64,000 nt of DNA from Candidatus Falkowbacteria bacterium HGW-Falkowbacteria-1. Its GTDB lineage: Bacteria > Patescibacteriota > Patescibacteriia > Patescibacteriales > UBA12465. Position 1 is the stretch's first letter; every line of letters begins with the position of its first letter. The notes under the pieces were generated by a model. It made no database searches. It had not been told where the DNA came from and saw only the letters and a program-made list of their open reading frames with translations. The translations under genes were made by a program, and so were the position numbers. This document shows, in pieces, positions 44,924 through 55,020 of the stretch. The DNA is taken from NCBI GenBank assembly GCA_002840305.1, contig PHAI01000002.1:10707-74706 (forward strand), given 5' to 3'.

Positions 44924-46720
44924 ATGCTCAGAACGCATACCTGCGGCGAATTAAATGAAAAAAATATTGGCGAAATAGTAGTTTTATCGGGTTGGGTAAA
45001 TTCTTGTCGAGATTTAGGATCTCTGATTTTTATTGATTTACGCGATAAATATGGCCTGACTCAAATAAAGTTTGATTCTACTGTTGGTGATAAAAATATT
45101 TTTAATATTTTAAAAGATATAAAAAATGAATGGGTTTTGCAAATAGAGGGAAAGGTTGTTGCGCGTAGCCCAGAAACCACAAATACCAAAATTTTTACCG
45201 GTCATATAGAGCTGGAAATAGTAAGCATTACTGTTTTGAATAGAAGTCTTGTCTTGCCTTTTGAATTGAACGAAGAAAGGGGAGGAGAGGTTAATGAAGC
45301 TCTTCGTTTAAAATACAGATTTTTAGATTTAAGAAGACCAAAGTTACAACAAATGTTAAAGACCAAAGATGAGATAATCAAATATACCCGAGCTTATTTT
45401 CATAAGCTAGATTTTACAGAGATCCAAACTCCAATTTTAGCCAACTCATCACCAGAAGGTGCTAGAGACTTTTTAATTCCTTCTAGAATATATCCAGGGA
45501 AATTTTTTGCCTTGCCTCAAGCCCCACAACAGTTTAAGCAACTTTTAATGGTTGGTGGAGTCGATAAGTATTTTCAAATTGCTCCTTGTTTTCGCGATGA
45601 AGATCCTCGTATGGATAGACATTATGGAGAGTTTTATCAATTAGATATGGAGATGAGTTTTGTTGAGCAAGACGATATTTTTAAAATAATGGAGCCTCTA
45701 ATGATTGAGTTAGTTGAAAAATTTAGCAGCAAAAAGATAGTCAATTTAATGGAGAATGGTCGCTTTGAAAAAATCTCATGGACCGAGTCTATGAATCGCT
45801 TTGGCTCCGATAAGCCAGATTTACGTTTTGCCTTGGAGATTAAGGACCTTTCTGAGATATTAAAAGATTGTAATTTTGCTATTTTTCAAGATCAAATAAA
45901 AGATGGTGGTTTTGTGAAGGCTTTCAATGTTAAGGGAGGCGCTTTTTTTAGCAGAAAAGAGATTGATTTGGTGATTGAAGAGGCCAAGAAAAAAGGCTTA
46001 AAGGGTTTGTCTTATATAGTTCTAAAAGATAATATTATTCAATCTTCACTAAGTAAATTTTTAACGGAAGACTTAATAAATAAAATAGTAGCAGAGTGCT
46101 CGGCTTTAGATGGTGATATAATTTTTATTGCTGCCGATAAATGGAGAGAGCTTTGCGGGGCCATGGGTCATTTAAGGTCTTATTTGGCTGAAAAAATGAA
46201 TTTAAAAGATAATAATTTGGCTGCTTTTGCTTGGATCGTTGATTTTCCGATGTACGAATATTCAGAAATAGAAGATGGAAGAATAGACTTTGGGCACAAT
46301 CCTTTCTCTATGCCTCAGGGAGGAATTGAGGCTTTAAATAGTCAAGATCCTTTGTCTATTTTGGCATATCAGTACGATTTAGTGTTTAATGGTTTTGAAA
46401 TTTCTTCTGGAGCAATAAGAAATCATGATCCAGAAATCATGTATAAAGCTTTTGAGGTGGCTGGTTATTCAAAAAAGGAAGTTGATGAAAAATTTTCAGC
46501 CATGATTAACGCCTTTTCTTATGGTGCACCACCTCATGGTGGAAATGCTCCAGGTCTAGATCGTATAATTATGGTTTTAAATGATTGGAGCTCAATTAGA
46601 GACATTTATGCCTTTCCAAAGGATAGCAGGGGCAAGGATTTAATGACTGGAGCTCCTTGTGAAGTTGATAAAAAATTGTTAGATGATTTAAGTTTGATTT
46701 TAAAAAAAACCGAAAAGTAA
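44924..46720 (+). CDS. aspS: Aspartyl-tRNA synthetase
   Basis: MLRTHTCGEL..., class II motifs FRDEDPRMDR.GEFYQLDME and GAPPHGGNAPGLDRIIM; bacterial-type insertion domain. Confidence 0.95.
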   Translation: MLRTHTCGELNEKNIGEIVVLSGWVNSCRDLGSLIFIDLRDKYGLTQIKFDSTVGDKNIFNILKDIKNEWVLQIEGKVVARSPETTNTKIFTGHIELEIVSITVLNRSLVLPFELNEERGGEVNEALRLKYRFLDLRRPKLQQMLKTKDEIIKYTRAYFHKLDFTEIQTPILANSSPEGARDFLIPSRIYPGKFFALPQAPQQFKQLLMVGGVDKYFQIAPCFRDEDPRMDRHYGEFYQLDMEMSFVEQDDIFKIMEPLMIELVEKFSSKKIVNLMENGRFEKISWTESMNRFGSDKPDLRFALEIKDLSEILKDCNFAIFQDQIKDGGFVKAFNVKGGAFFSRKEIDLVIEEAKKKGLKGLSYIVLKDNIIQSSLSKFLTEDLINKIVAECSALDGDIIFIAADKWRELCGAMGHLRSYLAEKMNLKDNNLAAFAWIVDFPMYEYSEIEDGRIDFGHNPFSMPQGGIEALNSQDPLSILAYQYDLVFNGFEISSGAIRNHDPEIMYKAFEVAGYSKKEVDEKFSAMINAFSYGAPPHGGNAPGLDRIIMVLNDWSSIRDIYAFPKDSRGKDLMTGAPCEVDKKLLDDLSLILKKTEK

Positions 46721-46732
46721 AAAATAAATAAA

Positions 46733-46763
46733 AAAAGGAAGTATTGTTTTTTGCTTCCTTTTA
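46733..46763. terminator. Terminator hairpin between aspS and the convergent gene
   Basis: Stem AAGGAAG/CTTCCTT followed by TTT. Confidence 0.5.
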
Positions 46764-46777
46764 AATTATTTTCAGTT

Positions 46778-47296
46778 TTAAATTATTTTCCGTATCGAAT
46801 AATAAATTATTACCAATATTTCTCGGAAAATAAAGAAGAATCTTCTTCGTGTCCAAAATTGTTTGGACCTTTTGTCATATGGCACCATATTGGTGTTGAC
46901 AATGACGGTCTCGAGCCTCATTTTTTTAAGTGTTTTATTTACTCTCCAGGCATGGTCAGGATGCGCTACTATAGCTATTTTTTTCCAATCATTTTTTAAG
47001 CAAACTTCATTTGCTTGTTTGCAAACTTCATAAGTATCCAAATATTTTCTATTTTTTTTGATTATGTTTAAAAAATTACTATGCAAGCATTCCGCGACTT
47101 CTCCTTGCAGAATCGGAGGGATTGCCTGTCTTGAGATTATTTTTAACACAATCTTGGATAAATATTTATTGCTGAGACTATTATTTGATCCGAAAGAAAG
47201 AGAGATTATTGCCTGACAAGAATAAACTTCCTCAAGAGACCCATATTCTTCATTTCTATTTTTAAGAAATGCAAGAAATTCTAGGACTTTTTTCAT
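46778..47296 (-). CDS. Hypothetical protein, weakly YdcF/DUF218-like
   Basis: IAIVAHPDHAWRV resembles the DUF218 conserved histidine region; the call is tentative. Confidence 0.4.
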   Translation of the reverse strand: MKKVLEFLAFLKNRNEEYGSLEEVYSCQAIISLSFGSNNSLSNKYLSKIVLKIISRQAIPPILQGEVAECLHSNFLNIIKKNRKYLDTYEVCKQANEVCLKNDWKKIAIVAHPDHAWRVNKTLKKMRLETVIVNTNMVPYDKRSKQFWTRRRFFFIFREILVIIYYSIRKII

Positions 47297-47421
47297 TTTT
47301 TAAAGAATTGGTTGCTGTTATTTTACCATTTGTTTATTTAATTGTCAATAAATAATTTGACTTTTTTCATAAAACAGCCTATTATTAATTTGAGTTTTGG
47401 TTCTTATTAATAAAAAACAAA

Positions 47422-47724
47422 ATGACAGAAGAGTTTATTTTAGAAGAAGATTTTGTTGAGTTAAGCTGGGGAGAACTTATTGAACTATTTGTATTTTTTT
47501 CTCAATTACTAAGCTTCTTTCTGATCTTTTCTTTTATTTTTCTTCCATTTTTTCCTTGGTTAGCCAAGGGGCTGATACTTTTAATCGCGATCTTCTCTTC
47601 AATGGGGAGCGTTGGTTCTTTTTGGTTAAGGGGCAATTTTTTTCCGAAATTTTTGTGTTTTTTTACCTATTTTTTATTAGCTTCATTTTTTTGGTGGAGT
47701 TACTGTAATTTTTCTTATTGCTAA
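47422..47724 (+). CDS. Small hydrophobic membrane protein (100 aa)
   Basis: ORF with 3 TM-like segments; promoter TTGACT-17-TATTAT upstream; terminator at 47744-47778. Confidence 0.4.
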   Translation: MTEEFILEEDFVELSWGELIELFVFFSQLLSFFLIFSFIFLPFFPWLAKGLILLIAIFSSMGSVGSFWLRGNFFPKFLCFFTYFLLASFFWWSYCNFSYC

Positions 47725-47743
47725 AAATCTTACCAGAAAGGGC

Positions 47744-47778
47744 AAATCCTCGGACAAATGTTTGGGGATTTTTTATTT
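47744..47778 (+). terminator. Rho-independent terminator
   Basis: Stem AAATCCTC/GGGGATTT (one G-U pair) followed by a T-run. Confidence 0.55.
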
Positions 47779-47824
47779 TTATTTCATGGATTGTTTCAAA
47801 TTGTTGAATTAAACTTTTCTCATA

Positions 47825-47853
47825 TTGACAAAAAACAGATTTTTATATACTAT
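47825..47853 (+). promoter_or_regulatory. Promoter TTGACA-17-TACTAT, with a second TTGACA-17-TACTAA at 47871-47899
   Basis: Tandem consensus -35 boxes. The track's TTG start at 47871 is the second TTGACA box. Confidence 0.45.
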
Positions 47854-47912
47854 CTTGTTATTCAAGTTTTTTGACAAAAAATAAATTCACTTTTACTAAA
47901 AAAACCGATCAA

Positions 47913-48389
47913 ATGACAAAGGAAAGATTTATTATTCTTAATCAGCGAGTTTTTGCTGATTTGATGGGCATTGCAAGCATAATCGACAAGTCTTCTCATA
48001 GTGAGAAAATTTTTCAAGAATGCAGAATAAGACAAAATGGTACCTGGGAAGAAGGATTCTCGGCAACTGTGTTTTCAAACAACAAAAGATTGCTTGATGG
48101 CAATATCCCGACTACACCCGAGGATCTTTTGGATGATCTTGTTACCGGATCATTTTCCGACTTTTTTCCGACTGAAAAAATTTTTGTAAACAAGGATTTA
48201 TTTAGATCCATAAGCCAGTTATTGGAAATAGACAAGTTTGGCGGTTTTATTATTGAGGCTGCCGAGATGGATCACAAAATTCAGGCCAAGGGGAGAGAGG
48301 GAAAAATAATGAAAATTAAATTTAATATGTTAAGGATTTTTGAAACCCTCCCTAGCATTAAAGTTCGCGAGCTTGAAGCAGTGAAGTAA
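47913..48389 (+). CDS. Hypothetical protein (158 aa)
   Basis: First ATG after the promoters; no family recognised. The style matches the tRNA-Asn islet genes. Confidence 0.5.
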   Translation: MTKERFIILNQRVFADLMGIASIIDKSSHSEKIFQECRIRQNGTWEEGFSATVFSNNKRLLDGNIPTTPEDLLDDLVTGSFSDFFPTEKIFVNKDLFRSISQLLEIDKFGGFIIEAAEMDHKIQAKGREGKIMKIKFNMLRIFETLPSIKVRELEAVK

Positions 48390-48408
48390 CACAAAATTAC
48401 AACATTAT

Positions 48409-48433
48409 AAAACCAGAGAAATCTGGTTTTTTT
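48409..48433. terminator. Bidirectional terminator
   Basis: Stem CCAGA/TCTGG with loop GAAA, flanked by A and T runs. Confidence 0.55.
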
Positions 48434-48438
48434 CTTTT

Positions 48439-50652
48439 TTAGAATTTTTTTCTTCTCATTATTAATGAGTTACTTACAACACTAACCGAAGAAAAGGCCA
48501 TGGCCAAGGCTGCTATTTCTGGACTTAGTAATTTCCCACTTATAGGGAAGAGGATGCCAGCGGCTATTGGTATGCCAATTATGTTATAAAAAAAGGCCCA
48601 AAATAAATTTTGTTTTATTTTTTTAAAGGTGTATTTAGAGATGTTTATGGCCTTTATAATGTCGGCTAATTTACTTTTTATTAATACTATGTCTCCCGTT
48701 TCTATGGCTATGTCAGTCCCGGATCCGATAGCTATTCCTAAATTAGATTTAGCTATAGCCGGCGCGTCGTTTATTCCATCCCCAATCATAGCGACTATAT
48801 GTCCTTCGTCTTGCATTTTTTCTATTTCCCTTGCTTTGTCAGACGGCATAATTTCAGCTAAAACCTTTTTTATGCCTAATTTAGCGGCAATGGCTTTTGC
48901 TACACGAATGTTGTCTCCGCTAAGCATGACAGTATTTTTCCCCATTTTGTGTATAGCAGTTATCATTTGTATCGAATCATTTTTTAAAGTGTCGGCTATA
49001 GCAAATAATGCTAATATTTCTTTTTCCATAGCCAAAATTATGACAGTTTTTCCTTCTTTTTCCATCTTTTCCATCTTTGATTCAATGGTTAAACAGTTTA
49101 TATTTTTTTCTGTCATCAGCCTTTTAGTTCCTAGTAAGATTTCTTTTTCTCGCCAAATTCCTCTTATACCTTGTCCTGGTAGCGTTTGGAAATCAGAAGT
49201 TTCCTCTATTTCTATCTTTGCCAATTTGGCCTTGTTTAGAATTGCCTGAGCCAAGGGATGTTCCGATTTTTTTTCTATTGAAGCAGCTATTTTTAATACC
49301 TCAGTCTCTTCTATACCTTTTTTTATTTTTATAATATCTGTTAGCACGGGGGTCCCGTTTGTCAGTGTTCCTGTTTTATCAAAAACAAAAGTGTCTATAT
49401 TTTTAGCTGTTTCTAGTGCTCGACTATTTTTTATCAAGATGCCATTTTCGGCTGCTATTCCAGTGCCTACCATTATAGCGGTTGGTGTAGCTAGTCCCAG
49501 GGCGCAAGGACAGGCGATAATTAAGACGGCGACAAAGCTTGTTAAGGCGAAAGAAAAACTTTGTCCGAGTATTAGCCAAGTTGAAAATGATATAATGGCT
49601 ATAAATATAACAGTTGGAACAAAATAAAAAGACACTTTATCGGCCAAAAGTTGGATTGGAGCTTTTGAGCCCATAGCTTCTTCCACTATTTTGATAATTT
49701 GGGCCAGCATAGTTTCTTTTCCTATTTTTTCTGCTTTAATTTTTAAAAATCCACTTTTATTTAAAGTTGAGCCGATAACTCGATCATTTTTATTCTTTTC
49801 AACGGGAATACTTTCACCGCTTATCATTTTTTCGTCAACAGCAGAATAGCCATCAATAACTATGCCGTCAACTGGAATTTTTTCGCCAGGCTTAATTATA
49901 ATTATATCCCCTATAATCACCCTGGAAATCTCTATCGTTTCTTCTTTGTTTCCTCTTATTACAGTGGCGGTTTTAGCTTGAAGACCAATCAGTTTTTTTA
50001 TAACTTCACTAGTTCGTCCTTTGCTTAAATTTTCTAAATATTTTCCGAGAGTAATAAAAATTAGAATAAGGGCCGCACTTTCAAAATACAGGTGTAGTCC
50101 GTTGATTCCTAAAAATATCTCTTTAAAAAGATTGATTAAACTATAAAAATAAGCGGAAAATGTTCCAATAAAGACTAGAGAGTCCATATTTGGAGTCATT
50201 TTGAGTATATTTTTAAAACCATTTTTCCAAATTTTAACAACCATAAAAACGACAACGCTAGCTAATCCAAATTGGATTAAATGATTATTATCGCCAGATA
50301 GTATTTTTGGTATAGGCCAAGAAAACATTTCTCCCATGGCTAAATAGAATATAATAATTCCTAAAGAGGAAATTCCAAAGAGAATTGTTTTGTCGCTTTT
50401 AATTTTTGTTTTTTTTGACTTTTTTTTGTTTAGATTTTTATCTTTTTCGACTTCATATCCGAGAGATTCTATTATTTTTTCTATCTTTTCGATTTTTATT
50501 TGTTCATCGTCAAATTCTAAATTAGCCTTTTCGGAGGCAAAATTAATATTAACGCTCATTATTCCTTTTTCTTTCTTCAATTTGTTTTCAATATTAGCCG
50601 AGCAAGATGCGCAGGACATTTTTGATATTTTTACAATTTCTCTTGTTATCAT
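48439..50652 (-). CDS. copA: Copper-translocating P1B-type ATPase
   Basis: N-terminal HMA domain (MSCASCSANIE), CPC motif (ACPCALGLATP), DKTGTLT and GDGINDAPA. Confidence 0.95.
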   Translation of the reverse strand: MITREIVKISKMSCASCSANIENKLKKEKGIMSVNINFASEKANLEFDDEQIKIEKIEKIIESLGYEVEKDKNLNKKKSKKTKIKSDKTILFGISSLGIIIFYLAMGEMFSWPIPKILSGDNNHLIQFGLASVVVFMVVKIWKNGFKNILKMTPNMDSLVFIGTFSAYFYSLINLFKEIFLGINGLHLYFESAALILIFITLGKYLENLSKGRTSEVIKKLIGLQAKTATVIRGNKEETIEISRVIIGDIIIIKPGEKIPVDGIVIDGYSAVDEKMISGESIPVEKNKNDRVIGSTLNKSGFLKIKAEKIGKETMLAQIIKIVEEAMGSKAPIQLLADKVSFYFVPTVIFIAIISFSTWLILGQSFSFALTSFVAVLIIACPCALGLATPTAIMVGTGIAAENGILIKNSRALETAKNIDTFVFDKTGTLTNGTPVLTDIIKIKKGIEETEVLKIAASIEKKSEHPLAQAILNKAKLAKIEIEETSDFQTLPGQGIRGIWREKEILLGTKRLMTEKNINCLTIESKMEKMEKEGKTVIILAMEKEILALFAIADTLKNDSIQMITAIHKMGKNTVMLSGDNIRVAKAIAAKLGIKKVLAEIMPSDKAREIEKMQDEGHIVAMIGDGINDAPAIAKSNLGIAIGSGTDIAIETGDIVLIKSKLADIIKAINISKYTFKKIKQNLFWAFFYNIIGIPIAAGILFPISGKLLSPEIAALAMAFSSVSVVSNSLIMRRKKF

Positions 50653-50689
50653 TTTTAGTTTGTTTAATTTTTAATGTTTTTTTATATTT

Positions 50690-52063
50690 TTATTCAACAA
50701 CTTCTATAACGCCGGAGACCATACCCATCCAGCAAGAAAATTTGTATTTGCCTGTTTTTTGAGGAATAAATTCTTTTGTACTTGTTCCGCCTATTTTTAG
50801 ACGAAATTCTCCCTCAAATAAGTCTTTGGCTATAATAGCGTTAGTGCAACCGCTTACTCCTATATCTTTAACCTCCCAAACAACAGGGACCCCGACTTTA
50901 ATTTTAAAGTAACTAGGAGAATATTTTGAACTACTGGCTTCCATTTTTATGATTTGTTCATTGTTGACTATTTTTGTTGTTTCATCTTTTTGTGGATACT
51001 CTATTTTTTTGTTTGATCGAATATTCAAATTGCTTAAACTATTCTTTCCCATTGCGTTTAATCCAGCATTAATGTTATAAACAGCTAAAAACAAAATTAA
51101 AATACCGGCAATTTTTGAAAATTTATTTGCCGTGTCTTTGTTGTCTGTTAATTTTGAGGCTGAGATACCTATAAGTAGTAACGACGGCATTGTTCCTAGA
51201 GCAAAAAACAACATTATCAATGATCCTAAAATAGCGCTTCCGGATATCAGGGCCATGCTTTGAGCTGTTATTGTAAAACCGCAAGGCAGAAAAAAAGTTA
51301 AAGCACCTATTAGAAAGGGGGAGTATTTACCGTTTAAATTTTTTTTGTTACTAATATTTTTGCTAATGAATTTGGGCCAAGATATTTTTATTTTATTAAA
51401 ATAATTAAAACCTAGCATTTGCATTGCTAAAATTATCATAATTAATGATACTGCAAACATTAAAAACGATGTTCCGATTGTAGAAAATTGTAGTCTTTCG
51501 CCAACGAATCCAATTACTGCTCCAAAAAAAGCATAAGAGAGTAATCTTCCGAAATTAAATATTATATGAGGTGTCATTTTGGCGAAAGCTCTTCCTTCGT
51601 CTTGGTAGATTTCAAGCCATTTTTTTGATATAGAGAGAATTAAACCGCCCACTAGAGCGGCGCAGCTAGAGACTCCGGCAAGCAACCCCAGAATTAAAAA
51701 AGAGATAAGAGATGATTTTGGCGTCACGCTCATTGAGCTTAAAGCTCCATTGTTTCTAACTATCAGGAATGTAATTATGAATAAACCTAATATTATGATG
51801 GGAAAAATAGGATTATTTTTTTTAGAATTTTTTTCTTCTGAAAATGAGTAGCCATCTTTCATAAAAATATTATTCAAATCTTCTTTATTGGGCATTTTTC
51901 CATCGTAAGTAATTGTTATTTTCTTTTCCGATGAGTTTAATTTGCTTGATTTTACTCCATTGATTTCTGCTGTCTTATTTTCAATTAAGATTTCGCAAGA
52001 AGGGCAGTGTATACCACTAACGTAGTATGTACATTTTTTTTCTTTTTGGTCGTCATTGTTCAT
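50690..52063 (-). CDS. Fusion protein: HMA metal-binding domain + TauE/SafE- or DsbD-like multi-TM core + C-terminal cupredoxin-like domain
   Basis: N-terminal GIHCPSCE; about 7 TM segments; the C-terminal beta-rich domain has GCTNAI...FSCWMGMVSG (Cys/Met ligand-like). It lies between csoR and copA. Confidence 0.7.
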   Translation of the reverse strand: MNNDDQKEKKCTYYVSGIHCPSCEILIENKTAEINGVKSSKLNSSEKKITITYDGKMPNKEDLNNIFMKDGYSFSEEKNSKKNNPIFPIIILGLFIITFLIVRNNGALSSMSVTPKSSLISFLILGLLAGVSSCAALVGGLILSISKKWLEIYQDEGRAFAKMTPHIIFNFGRLLSYAFFGAVIGFVGERLQFSTIGTSFLMFAVSLIMIILAMQMLGFNYFNKIKISWPKFISKNISNKKNLNGKYSPFLIGALTFFLPCGFTITAQSMALISGSAILGSLIMLFFALGTMPSLLLIGISASKLTDNKDTANKFSKIAGILILFLAVYNINAGLNAMGKNSLSNLNIRSNKKIEYPQKDETTKIVNNEQIIKMEASSSKYSPSYFKIKVGVPVVWEVKDIGVSGCTNAIIAKDLFEGEFRLKIGGTSTKEFIPQKTGKYKFSCWMGMVSGVIEVVE

Positions 52064-52072
52064 ATATAAAAT

Positions 52073-52345
52073 TTATTTATTAGAAAGTTTTGACACTTTT
52101 AGAACTTCGTCGATAGCGACGTCTTGCTGTTTGTTACTTTTACTGTTCATTTTGTTTTTAAAACAAGTTTTAAGATGGTTTTCTAAAAGAGCCTGATGGG
52201 CAGATTTTAATAATCCTATGGCCGCTAAATTTTGTTGCATAATGTTGATGCAGTATTGGTTTTCTTCTGTCATTTTAATTATTTTTTGAACGGTTCCTAG
52301 GGCCTTCCTAAAATTAATTAAAGTTTTTTGTTTTTCCATTGTCAT
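52073..52345 (-). CDS. csoR: CsoR/RcnR-family metal-sensing transcriptional repressor
   Basis: 90 aa; NFRKALGTVQKIIKMTEENQYCINIMQQNLAAIGLLKSAHQALLENHLKTCF carries the C-H-C ligand pattern. Confidence 0.85.
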   Translation of the reverse strand: MTMEKQKTLINFRKALGTVQKIIKMTEENQYCINIMQQNLAAIGLLKSAHQALLENHLKTCFKNKMNSKSNKQQDVAIDEVLKVSKLSNK

Positions 52346-52378
52346 AATTTTTGATTTAAAAATTAAAGTTAAATTTTT

Positions 52379-52405
52379 ATAACCTATACCATAGGTGTAG
52401 GTTAT
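52379..52405. promoter_or_regulatory. Putative CsoR operator (12-bp inverted repeat, 3-bp spacer, one mismatch)
   Basis: ATAACCTATACC-ATA-GGTGTAGGTTAT lies immediately downstream of the minus-strand -10 box. Confidence 0.55.
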
Positions 52406-52409
52406 GTCA

Positions 52410-52438
52410 ATTGTAATTTACTTTTAATTTATTGTCAA
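52410..52438 (-). promoter_or_regulatory. Promoter TTGACA-17-TACAAT for the csoR operon
   Basis: On the minus strand, TTGACA is at 52438-52433 and TACAAT at 52415-52410. Confidence 0.55.
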
Positions 52439-52527
52439 TATTTGTTATTTCTTGTTTACAATTTGCTTTATTGTTGTTAAAATGAATTCAGTTTCTCGGT
52501 ATAATTTATATTTAATTATTTTTTAAG

Positions 52528-53562
52528 ATGGTAAATAAAAAACTAAAAATAGCTATAGTTTCAAAGCTTTGGGAAGAGACGTTTCCTGGCTCTCGTGGGG
52601 GAACCGGGTCGTCCATTGGTTATTTAGTTAATGGTTTGGTTAATAAAGGTCATCAAGTCACTCTTTTCGCCACCGGTAATTCAAAAACTAAGGCCCAGGA
52701 GCTAGTTTCGGTTAGGCCTAGGCATTATTTAGATGATTATTCTGAGATTCATGAGTATGAAAACATAGCAGGGGCCTTCAGAAGGGCAAAAGATTTTGAT
52801 ATTATTCATTGCGCCGTTGAACATAAAAGTGTTTTTTTTGGAGACTTGGTCAAAACCCCCTCTATTCACTCTATACGATATGGAGAATTTTTTGATCAAG
52901 AAGTAAAATTGCTTAAAAAATATAAGAATTTAAACTATGTTGGAATATCGAAGTCGTTAAAGAAGTTTTTGCCTTTTTTAAATTGGAAAGATTTTATTTA
53001 TAATGGAGTTGATTATAGAGACTTTAAACAAGAAGAAAAAAGGGGTGATTATTTACTTTTTTTAGCCAGGGTTACGCCTCAGAAGGGAGTAGATACAGCT
53101 ATAAAAGTTGCCAAAAAACTTAATATGAAGTTAATAATAGCCGGAAAAACATCTGATGTTGATAAAGATTTTTTGAATAAAAAGGTTTATCCCTTTATTG
53201 ATGGAAAACAAATAATGTACGTTGGTGAGGTGTTAGGAGAAAAAAAGAAAAAACTTTTAAGTCAAGCTCTTTGTTTAATACAACCCAATAGAGTTATAGA
53301 GGCTTTTGGTAATAGTTTTTTAGAGTCAATGGCGTCGGCCGTCCCAGTAGTTGCTTTTGACAGGGGTGCTATGTCAGAGCTGATAAAAAACGGTAAAACC
53401 GGATACGTTGTCAATAATTTTAATGAAATGCTTAAAGCTGTCAAAAATATTCATAATTTGAGTAAGAAAGATTGCGTAGAAAGGGTTAAAAAATCATTTT
53501 CTTTAGACAAAATGATAGAGTCTTATGAGGCTTTGTATTACAGAATAATTGACGGAAAATAG
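52528..53562 (+). CDS. Glycosyltransferase, GT-B fold (GT4-like)
   Basis: N-terminal GGTGSSIGYLVNGL...GH.VTLFA; the C-terminal EAFGNSFLESMASAVPVVAFDRGAMSELI is the E-x7-E region. Confidence 0.85.
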   Translation: MVNKKLKIAIVSKLWEETFPGSRGGTGSSIGYLVNGLVNKGHQVTLFATGNSKTKAQELVSVRPRHYLDDYSEIHEYENIAGAFRRAKDFDIIHCAVEHKSVFFGDLVKTPSIHSIRYGEFFDQEVKLLKKYKNLNYVGISKSLKKFLPFLNWKDFIYNGVDYRDFKQEEKRGDYLLFLARVTPQKGVDTAIKVAKKLNMKLIIAGKTSDVDKDFLNKKVYPFIDGKQIMYVGEVLGEKKKKLLSQALCLIQPNRVIEAFGNSFLESMASAVPVVAFDRGAMSELIKNGKTGYVVNNFNEMLKAVKNIHNLSKKDCVERVKKSFSLDKMIESYEALYYRIIDGK

Positions 53563-53702
53563 AGTTTTTGAAGAAAGTTTTTTACTTTAGATATTTGATA
53601 TCATTTTTTATTTATTGAAAGTATAGTTTTTTTATGTTAAAATATCTTAAGACAAACATATTTAATATATTTTACAATTAATTATAATTTAAAATTAAAA
53701 CT

Positions 53703-54416
53703 ATGAAAATTTCCAAGTTTTATTTTTTTGTTCTTTTTTTGTTCTTAATTTTTTCTTTCTCAGCTTGTGGTAAAAAAGATTTATCTGATCAAAACCAAAA
53801 TGGTAAAAATGAAGAAAAGCAATTAGGGGCTAATGTTTCTAATGAAGAGTCTTATTTTTCAAAATCAGTTGAGGATCTTTTTGCCGAAGGAAAACCTTTG
53901 CAGTGTTCAGCCACAGTTGAGAGCGGTGAAGGCTCTGTCGTTATGAATTATTATTTTGATAACAATGGTAAAAAATTGAGAGTCGAATCACAGACATTAA
54001 ACAAGGCAAGCAACTTAAATATTAATTCAGTTAGTATTTTGGATGATAATTGGTACTATTTTTGGGATGATTTGACTAACAAGGATGGTATGAAAATGAA
54101 AGTTGAAGAAAATCAAGAGAATGTAAAAGATAAAAATATAGATGAAAATAATAATTTTGACATGAAAGAAGAATTTGATTTCAAATGTAAATCATGGAAA
54201 GTGGATAGTTCAATGTTTGATTTGCCTAAGGATAAAACTTTTAAAGATTTAACAAGCTTAATGAATGGTTTTGGCACAAATGCCCCAACAATTAACAATG
54301 AACAAAGTGGCACGGCTCCAAGTTTTGGTAATGGAAATTCCGTGGATGCCTGTTCTTATTGCAACATGTTGCCAGCCGGTAGCGATAGGGATGAGTGTCT
54401 AGATGCTTGTTCTTAA
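53703..54416 (+). CDS. Putative lipoprotein (237 aa)
   Basis: Signal peptide with lipobox FSFSAC; N/D/E-rich mature part; Cys-rich C-terminus. Confidence 0.55.
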   Translation: MKISKFYFFVLFLFLIFSFSACGKKDLSDQNQNGKNEEKQLGANVSNEESYFSKSVEDLFAEGKPLQCSATVESGEGSVVMNYYFDNNGKKLRVESQTLNKASNLNINSVSILDDNWYYFWDDLTNKDGMKMKVEENQENVKDKNIDENNNFDMKEEFDFKCKSWKVDSSMFDLPKDKTFKDLTSLMNGFGTNAPTINNEQSGTAPSFGNGNSVDACSYCNMLPAGSDRDECLDACS

Positions 54417-54447
54417 TGCTTTTTAGAATTTATTATATAAAGATATA

Positions 54448-54482
54448 AAACAGAGAGGTCTTTTAGGCCTCTCTTCTTTTAT
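54448..54482. terminator. Bidirectional terminator
   Basis: Stem AGAGAGGTC/GGCCTCTCT (one G-U pair). Confidence 0.6.
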
Positions 54483-54491
54483 TTTTTGTTT

Positions 54492-54827
54492 TTATTTTTT
54501 TACATTAATATTCATGCACTGGCAACATTTTGTTGCGCCCGGAAAACTTTTTAACCTTGCCATTTCTATTTCGCGACCACAAATTAAACAAATGCCATAA
54601 CGATCGAGTTTTATCATTTCCAGGGCCGTTTTTAGTATTGGTACAACATTTTTTTGTTTCTCCCTTATGTAAACCATGTAAGGAGATTCGCCGTCTTCGG
54701 GGTTTGTTTTTTCCCCTTCTAGCGCTTCTTTGATTTTTTCTGGGTCGTTGTATTCTTTTAGTAATCCCAAAATTTTTTCTTTTTGCTCCTCGATGAAGCT
54801 TTGGGTCAGGGTGGGTGTGTTGTCCAT
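54492..54827 (-). CDS. DksA/TraR-family C4 zinc-finger protein
   Basis: The C-terminal CLICGREIEMARLKSFPGATKCCQC is the DksA/TraR C4 finger. Confidence 0.75.
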   Translation of the reverse strand: MDNTPTLTQSFIEEQKEKILGLLKEYNDPEKIKEALEGEKTNPEDGESPYMVYIREKQKNVVPILKTALEMIKLDRYGICLICGREIEMARLKSFPGATKCCQCMNINVKK

Positions 54828-55020
54828 AAATCTCTCTCTTTTAGGTTAAAAGTTTAACATTATAATATTAATGCACTATGGTTTTATGCTAGCATAATTA
54901 TTGATAAAAGTAAAGGGCTTTTGAATTTGTGGTTTTTATTTTTTAAAATATGTGCTAATATTACAATATAAAGCTTTTTTGCGATGGCTTTTTAAGGAAT
55001 AAAAATTAATAAAATTACTT

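Noticed and set aside
46751-46999. Plus-strand 82-aa ORF overlapping the 3' end of the minus-strand gene 46778-47296
   Set aside because: It starts at a TTG inside the aspS terminator hairpin, is antisense to a longer ORF, and has an implausible translation.
48629-49627. Plus-strand ORFs (206 aa and 78 aa) antisense to copA, plus 50390-50674
   Set aside because: They are shadow frames of a well-supported P-type ATPase gene and have no start context or family resemblance.
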